A DNA stretch of 32,568 nt, from positions 1-32,568 of the IMG/VR virus record IMGVR_UViG_3300048882_000813; one strand, given 5' to 3'. Under the pieces are notes generated by a model. That model worked only from the letters and a program-made list of their open reading frames with translations. It made no database searches and was not told the DNA's origin. Positions 27,577 to 32,568 of the stretch are shown in pieces (within the stretch, counting starts at the first letter, position 1; each line of letters begins with the position of its first letter). The stretch comes from a virus (taxonomy: Duplodnaviria; Caudoviricetes). Both the position numbers and the translations under genes were made by a program.

Positions 27577-27633
27577 GCATCCCGCACACCGACAAGCTGC
27601 TAGAATTATTATGTTTTCGGACATCACTGAGTT

Positions 27634-27643
27634 TGATACCATT
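27634..27643 (+). promoter_or_regulatory. Extended -10 promoter-like motif TGATACCATT, leaderless geometry
   Basis: TGn-TACCAT, then 6 nt, then the ATG at 27649; no SD; AT-rich intergenic region. Confidence 0.55.
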
Positions 27644-27648
27644 GTCGC

Positions 27649-28959
27649 ATGACTACTGTATTACAAGATGCCGGGCCACGGGCCCGACTGCTAGAGGAGA
27701 CGGGGTCAAAGGCGCGTCTATGTGAGAACGTAGATGACTTCTCTTTAGATCCAGACGTTTACTTGGCAGTTATCGAGGCAGAGCTTGGTCGATCAGGCAA
27801 GGTGAATCGAAACGGGCGCATCTACCCGGCGAACGAGTTCATCCGAGAGAACGAGTCTTTGGCCCGCCGTCTTGACGACGAGTTTGTGGACGGAGAGCTG
27901 GGGCACCCCCCAGGGGGCCCTACGTTTGAGGTTCCGGCCCGACTTCTTGAAATAGCGCTAGCTCCAGAGTCTGATTCTGTCGTGACGGCGGTGGGGAGAT
28001 TTGGTCTCCTCAATACTGCCTCGGGAAGGGATGTCTTAACTCTCTTCCGCGCAGGGATGCCGGTGGGTGTCAGCAGTCGAGGCGAGGGTGTCCTAGAGCA
28101 GATTACCATTGAAGAGGGCGGGCCCTTTGCCGGGGACAACCCGGAGCATGTAGGCCAGACCGTTGGTCTGGTGTCCGACTTTTCATTGGACCGATACGAT
28201 TTGGTTCGCGTGCCATCGGCTGGCACGCATTTGAGACGAGAAGAAACCAGTAGCAGCACCAACAGGGACGCTGCTCCAGAACTAGAGGTGACCATGTCAG
28301 ACCAAGAAAAGAGGGTCGTAAAGGAAGCCGACCAAGAGGTGCAGCCCAGCGATCCGGCGGCCGTCAATGACGCGACCGCTAAGATCTTGGAGTCTGATCC
28401 CCTCTTCGGTCTCAGCGACAATCAGAAGGGCGTTTTGCTCAGGATTGTCGAAGGAATCACGTGCACGGAGTCGGCTGATGACGACCAGATTGCCAGCGAA
28501 ATCTCTGCACTGCGCGAGCAGTTGGAGGTGGACAGGCACCGTGCAACAATCAATGAGGCGGAATATGCCTCTCTCAAGGAGGAGGTCGCTTCTCTTCGTG
28601 CGGAACGTGAAGAGCGTAGACTTCGTGATGCGCTTGAATCTGAGAAGACGGAGACCACTAGCGGTCGTCGTTTTGGCCCACTGGTGAGCGAGCAAATCGA
28701 CTTCATGGTGGCCGAGGGCGCAATTGTTAACGTCGAGGGCGTGACCAAGAACGCCGAGCGACTGTTTGCTTTGTTAGAGGCGGCGACGGTCCCCGTGGCC
28801 CAGCCGGTGGCTCAAGAGCCACAGGATGCCGGGGATGACCCGGTTGAGGCCCCTGACGCCGCTGTTGTTGTCGAGTCCTCCCCCGAGGACTTGAATGATA
28901 TTATGGAATCCGTTCGTGCGACCATGGCGCGGGATCGCCAAAACCAAATTGGAGGCTGA
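27649..28959 (+). CDS. T4 gp21-like prohead protease fused to a coiled-coil scaffold domain
   Basis: NRNGRIYP, GELGHP (His), GVSSRGEG (Ser) and YDLVRVPS (Asp) are gp21-family motifs; acidic coiled-coil C-terminal half; directly upstream of the MCP. Confidence 0.9.
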   Translation: MTTVLQDAGPRARLLEETGSKARLCENVDDFSLDPDVYLAVIEAELGRSGKVNRNGRIYPANEFIRENESLARRLDDEFVDGELGHPPGGPTFEVPARLLEIALAPESDSVVTAVGRFGLLNTASGRDVLTLFRAGMPVGVSSRGEGVLEQITIEEGGPFAGDNPEHVGQTVGLVSDFSLDRYDLVRVPSAGTHLRREETSSSTNRDAAPELEVTMSDQEKRVVKEADQEVQPSDPAAVNDATAKILESDPLFGLSDNQKGVLLRIVEGITCTESADDDQIASEISALREQLEVDRHRATINEAEYASLKEEVASLRAEREERRLRDALESEKTETTSGRRFGPLVSEQIDFMVAEGAIVNVEGVTKNAERLFALLEAATVPVAQPVAQEPQDAGDDPVEAPDAAVVVESSPEDLNDIMESVRATMARDRQNQIGG

Positions 28960-28963
28960 GAAA

Positions 28964-30136
28964 ATGGACCTTGTCGAAAAATGGGGAAAGGTCTCTGCGG
29001 CAATTCAGCGCAGCGACGATCCCCGCAAGAAAAGGATTGTCGCAAGTGCGCTTGAGGCGCAGGAGCGGTACATAAACGAGTCGGTACGGCGTGGCCAGAT
29101 TGGTGGCATCTATCGAAGCAACGACCCTCACATCTGGGGCAGAGAGCCCCTTGGTGAGAACATCGTGCCTGGGGACATCGCGACCTTCACCCGCCAGTCT
29201 CTGGCGATGGTCGACATGGTGTTCGAGCAGATCATCATCGACGAGCTTGTCTCTGTGATTGCGATGGACGGGCCGAGCGCCTTCGTCCACCACATTGCAT
29301 ACAAGCAGGGCTCTGCTGGCCTCTATGCTGCCGGGACTGACTTTAACACCGGGCTGGACCCAGACTACAGTGACTGCCCAGCGGAAACTGCCGAGAGCAG
29401 CTGCACGGCCGCCAACGAAGTGGACTTCGGCCTCACGGCAACGACGGTGCATGCGAGCTGTAAGCGACTTACGGCCAAGTACACCATCGCCGCCGAGCAA
29501 GACATGAGCGCAAGCTATCAGTCGAGCCTCGGTGACGAGCTTCGTCAGTTCATGGCGACCGAGCTTCGTCGCGAGATGCAGGAGGAGATCATTGATCAAC
29601 TCATTGCTAACGCTACGACCACGGTGTCGTGGTCCAAGGCTCCTCCCGGTGGTTCTGTGTATGTAAACCTTGATCCAAAGGTCTACCAGGAGACGCTATA
29701 CGACGCCATCTTGGAGGCCGACAATGGCATCTTCAAGTCGGTCGACGGTTTCCGTGGGGCCAATTGGGTATGTGCCGACCCTGACAGCCTGCTCTTTCTG
29801 GAGCAGCTGGAATCGTTCAGCATTACTGACAACATGGCCAGAAGTCGTGAGGACGCACTTCGAGGTGACGTTGACAGGTATGCGAACAAGTTCGGCACGG
29901 CTAACCACCGGTACGACGTGTGGAAGATGCGATTCATGCCAGCGGACACCATCCTGCTGGGAACCAAGTCGGATAACCCCCAAGAGATTGGGCACATCCA
30001 TGGTGTATATGTCCCGGTCTCGGACCTGGGCACTTTCCGAGACCCACGCACCGCGTGTGTCGATATCGGCGTGATGACGCGATACGGGAACAGCACCATT
30101 CGACCTGGACTTTTCGCGACGGTCACCTTGACCTAG
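28964..30136 (+). CDS. Major capsid protein, T4 gp23-like (390 aa)
   Basis: ATG at 28964 with SD GGAGG; LVEKW, ELVSVIAMDGPS, VHASCKRLTAKYTIAAEQD, TELRREMQEEII, RGANWVCAD and YVP..IGVMTRYG align by eye with conserved gp23 blocks; terminator follows. Confidence 0.92.
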   Translation: MDLVEKWGKVSAAIQRSDDPRKKRIVASALEAQERYINESVRRGQIGGIYRSNDPHIWGREPLGENIVPGDIATFTRQSLAMVDMVFEQIIIDELVSVIAMDGPSAFVHHIAYKQGSAGLYAAGTDFNTGLDPDYSDCPAETAESSCTAANEVDFGLTATTVHASCKRLTAKYTIAAEQDMSASYQSSLGDELRQFMATELRREMQEEIIDQLIANATTTVSWSKAPPGGSVYVNLDPKVYQETLYDAILEADNGIFKSVDGFRGANWVCADPDSLLFLEQLESFSITDNMARSREDALRGDVDRYANKFGTANHRYDVWKMRFMPADTILLGTKSDNPQEIGHIHGVYVPVSDLGTFRDPRTACVDIGVMTRYGNSTIRPGLFATVTLT

Positions 30137-30160
30137 AAGCTCGGTTGTCGGGGCTCAGGC

Positions 30161-30200
30161 ACGGGGGTGGGGGCTTACGCTTCCGCCCCCGTTTCTTTTT
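30161..30200 (+). terminator. Rho-independent terminator after the major capsid gene
   Basis: ACGGGGGTGGGGGC-TTAC-GCTTCCGCCCCCGT stem (with G-U pairs), followed by TTCTTTTT. Confidence 0.8.
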
Positions 30201-30210
30201 GGGGGAGGGC

Positions 30211-30915
30211 ATGGAGACAGTTGACGTAATCATTCCGTGTCGTGGCCACGCCGCGTACCTGAAAGAGGCTGTGGACAGCGTCCTTTCCCAGGAGGGCGAC
30301 ATCAACGTACACGTCATCATTGTATGCGATGACGACGAGGAGGCGTTCACCATTGCCTCAAATGCGGCCGAGAACGGCCCTGTGACGGCTTTGCTGCTAG
30401 ATTCCCATGTAGGGACATATGTGGCCATAAACGCGGGGCTTAGAGAGCGGCGGGGCGACTGGGTCACATTTTGCGGTGCGGACGACATGTTTACAGCGGA
30501 CAGGGTGGGGATGCTCTTGGATGCCAGCGCAAACGACGGATGGCGAGCTGTTGCGAATACGTGGCACATCAAGGTGGACAAAGATGGGAAGCACCTAAAG
30601 CTGGGGGCAGAGACGCTGGGCGGCGTCTTCATGTACCACGCTGAGATGGTCGAAGCCCTTGGGGGCTTCAAGGCGTGGCCATGCTCTGCTGACACAGAGT
30701 TTTACTTCAGGGCGATAAGAAACGGTGGCCACCGCTGCGTCCGCTCTCGGCCTGCGTACCTTTACCGACAACACGAAGAACAGCTTACAAGGCGACGGGG
30801 GACCGGGTTCGGCAGCAAGAAGCGAAAATCGCTAGAGGCTGCTATGATGAACCCTCCAAGCGTCTATGTCAGGCCCGTCGAGGGCACTATCAAAGAAAGG
30901 ATCACACATGGATGA
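30211..30915 (+). CDS. Glycosyltransferase family 2
   Basis: ATG at 30211 after GGGGAGGG; VDVIIPC..YLKEAVDSVLSQ..IIVCDD..AINAGL..VTFCGADD..LGGF..ADTEF..YLYRQH. Confidence 0.9.
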   Translation: METVDVIIPCRGHAAYLKEAVDSVLSQEGDINVHVIIVCDDDEEAFTIASNAAENGPVTALLLDSHVGTYVAINAGLRERRGDWVTFCGADDMFTADRVGMLLDASANDGWRAVANTWHIKVDKDGKHLKLGAETLGGVFMYHAEMVEALGGFKAWPCSADTEFYFRAIRNGGHRCVRSRPAYLYRQHEEQLTRRRGTGFGSKKRKSLEAAMMNPPSVYVRPVEGTIKERITHG

Positions 30916-31660
30916 TCTTGAGGAAGTAAAGACGAAGCCAAAGCGCGCCCCGAAGCCTAAGCAGCGGGTCGCCGTGGTGATACCGGTATTGGTATGCCCC
31001 GATCTTCTCGAAGAGTGCATCAAGAGCGTGCTTGCACAGCGACTTCCGAGCGGCGTCGAGATAGACATCGTCGTGGTGGCAGACGGCGTGGTCCCGCCAT
31101 TCGAGGCCTGCCGTAAGTTTGAGGGAGACATCGGCGCAATCGTTACCCAAAGGTGTCGAGGGGCAGGCGTGGCGATCAATACTGGAATCGCAACGATGCG
31201 TGCATTTGACGTGCTCGTCGTCATCTGTGCGGACGACATTGTCACGCCAGACCACATCAAGGAGATTTTGTCTCACCGACGAGAGGGACAGCTAGTGGGC
31301 TACTGCTCTCGACAGGCGGTACTGGGCGGGGATCCAGAGGCAGAGCCGACAGACGTCACCCCACTTGCTATGGCGTGGGAGGCTGCGGCCTTACGCAAGC
31401 TGGGCGGATTTATGGGCTTCTGGTGCCTGCCAGGAGAAGAGATGCTGGCTCGGGCAAAGGCGGGCGGCATGGAGGTTGTCGACATCCCAGGTGCGGCCAC
31501 GTACCTAAAGAGGACCCACAAGCACAACTGCAGCAAGATGCACAGAGGCGAGAGAATGAAGGCCTTCTGTTCGGAGCGCGCCCACATCGCAAAGATGCCC
31601 AAGACCCCAGGCGTATTCGCGAAATCGAATACCACTTGTGAGATCTTCCGAACCATCTGA
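30908..31660 (+). CDS. Glycosyltransferase family 2 (divergent paralog)
   Basis: ATG at 30908 overlaps the previous gene; VAVVIPV..LEECIKSVLAQ..VVVADG..AINTGI..VICADD..LGGF..YLKRTH. Confidence 0.82.
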   Translation: MDDLEEVKTKPKRAPKPKQRVAVVIPVLVCPDLLEECIKSVLAQRLPSGVEIDIVVVADGVVPPFEACRKFEGDIGAIVTQRCRGAGVAINTGIATMRAFDVLVVICADDIVTPDHIKEILSHRREGQLVGYCSRQAVLGGDPEAEPTDVTPLAMAWEAAALRKLGGFMGFWCLPGEEMLARAKAGGMEVVDIPGAATYLKRTHKHNCSKMHRGERMKAFCSERAHIAKMPKTPGVFAKSNTTCEIFRTI

Positions 31661-31726
31661 TGGGTAGCGCCGTTGGTGACCCATGGGTATGATGATGTCA
31701 TCACTCTGATTTTGTTGGTGGGAACG

Positions 31727-32032
31727 ATGGACGAGATTCTCGGGGCTCCTCTTCTTAAAGCGTTAATCTGGGTTATACCGGTGGTGTTTGGGGCGGGCGG
31801 CGTCTATGCGTCCTTTACTCGTGCCAGTACCGACGTCGCCAGGGTGGAGGCATCCCTCGCCAAGAGCCAACGGCTGGTCTCTGACCATGTGGGCGCAGCT
31901 TTTGGCCACGCAGGTGCTAGGGATCGAATCATTAAGATAGAACGAAACCAAGAACAAATTATCGAGCGCCAACAGAGGGCGGGCGAATCAATCGCCGCCA
32001 TATGCCAGGCGACTGGAGCTAACTGCAGATGA
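31727..32032 (+). CDS. Single-TM plus coiled-coil membrane protein (lysis cassette)
   Basis: ATG at 31727; hydrophobic helix LIWVIPVVFGAGGVYA, then RIIKIERNQEQIIERQ coiled coil; ATGA overlap with the holin. Confidence 0.65.
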   Translation: MDEILGAPLLKALIWVIPVVFGAGGVYASFTRASTDVARVEASLAKSQRLVSDHVGAAFGHAGARDRIIKIERNQEQIIERQQRAGESIAAICQATGANCR

Positions 32033-32322
32033 ATATTGACGAAGAGCTAATCCGTATCGCCGTTATCGCAGCAGTCGGAGCGTGGGGTGTGACCTCTGCT
32101 GTAAAGCCCATTGTCCACAAGTATCTCGGAGACGCATGGAACGTCTCGGCGGTGAGGCTCCTGGCCTTGGCTGCGGGTGCCACGTTTGGTTTTGCCATGG
32201 CCCAAAGTGCAGATGCCGCCCTTGCCGGGGTGGCGGGAGGCGCACTGTCGGCGACCATAGTGGGCGCACTGAAGCGAATCATAGCGTCAAGGGCGTCAGC
32301 CCCAAGCCTGGACGATGATTAA
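32029..32322 (+). CDS. Putative holin (3 hydrophobic segments)
   Basis: 97 aa; IAVIAAVGAWGVTSAVK, LLALAAGATFGFAM, ALAGVAGGALSATIVGAL; charged C-terminus. Confidence 0.7.
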   Translation: MNIDEELIRIAVIAAVGAWGVTSAVKPIVHKYLGDAWNVSAVRLLALAAGATFGFAMAQSADAALAGVAGGALSATIVGALKRIIASRASAPSLDDD

Positions 32323-32326
32323 GACA

Positions 32327-32568
32327 ATGGTGGAGTGGCTGTGGGTGGTGCTAGCTGCCGCCGCCGCCGTCTGGGGTGCCGTCAGGGCGGGCATCATCAC
32401 CCTTCATCTCGGGCCCCACGGTCACGGAGGGGTCCAGCTTAGTTCTGCTGCAGAGGCTGAACTAGACGAGGCAGAGGAGGCTCACGGTGAAAGGGTGCAG
32501 GAGATCAAGGCCGACGCAGACGCTGTGCGGAGTTCTGACGCTGACGACATTGCTCTGGAGTTCGACCG
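32327..32568 (+). CDS. Putative i-spanin (Rz-like), truncated by the window end
   Basis: Open to the end of the window: MVEWLWVVLAAAAAVWGAVRAG..AEAELDEAEEAHGERVQEIKADADAVRSSDADDIALEFD; N-terminal TM plus helical domain after the holin; alternative start at 32315. Confidence 0.5.
   Translation, partial: MVEWLWVVLAAAAAVWGAVRAGIITLHLGPHGHGGVQLSSAAEAELDEAEEAHGERVQEIKADADAVRSSDADDIALEFD

Larger units (their letters stand above)
1..32568 (+). mobile_element. Tailed bacteriophage (Caudoviricetes) genome segment: morphogenesis, glycosyltransferase and lysis modules
   Basis: Recognisable major capsid, prohead protease, tape measure, tail chaperone frameshift, neck/tail genes, fibres and holin-like genes; tight overlapping gene packing; no host housekeeping genes. 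Confidence 0.97.

Noticed and set aside
31688-31703. TATGAT plus the palindrome TGATGA-TG-TCATCA before the lysis cassette
   Set aside because: Could be a promoter or operator, but it is short and low in complexity with no good -35; too weak to call.
662-31726. Longest-ORF starts at 662, 3003, 10252, 25607, 28895, 30055, 30866 and 31673
   Set aside because: Starts at 722, 3027, 10204, 25676, 28964, 30211, 30908 and 31727 fit SD position, gene coupling, paralogy or domain boundaries better.
1-32568. CRISPR array, tRNA, DGR (reverse transcriptase with TR/VR), intein or intron
   Set aside because: No regularly spaced repeats, cloverleaf, RT motifs, A-specific variable repeat pair or splicing motifs noticed by eye.

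Overview
The whole window is the virion morphogenesis region of a tailed dsDNA phage. Genes are densely packed and almost all lie on the + strand; no host genes, rRNA/tRNA, CRISPR array or integrase are visible. Gene order: regulatory/unknown genes (tandem ribbon-helix-helix protein behind a perfect palindrome, small Zn-ribbon) > GroES-like co-chaperonin > head-tail adaptor > GT2+GT4 glycosyltransferase > head closure, HK97-gp10-like, tail terminator, tail tube > tail assembly chaperone G/GT on the OPPOSITE strand with a G-GGA-AAC -1 frameshift site > 1940-aa tape measure > 1786-aa tail-tip protein > fibre/spike cluster with shared N-terminal peptides > T4 gp21-like protease fused to a scaffold > T4 gp23-like major capsid > two tandem GT2 glycosyltransferases > holin/spanin-like lysis genes (truncated at the window end). 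Terminase, portal, sheath and endolysin are not recognisable here. Most notable: (i) three glycosyltransferase genes (four GT domains) embedded among structural genes, a candidate virion-glycosylation system; (ii) the inverted tail-chaperone cassette; (iii) a T4-type head with a sheathless siphovirus-type tail; (iv) a shared TGATANNNTT promoter-like motif before four modules, two of which look leaderless; (v) a GroES homolog with a ~75-aa helical insertion. All family assignments are by-eye motif recognition, not database searches.
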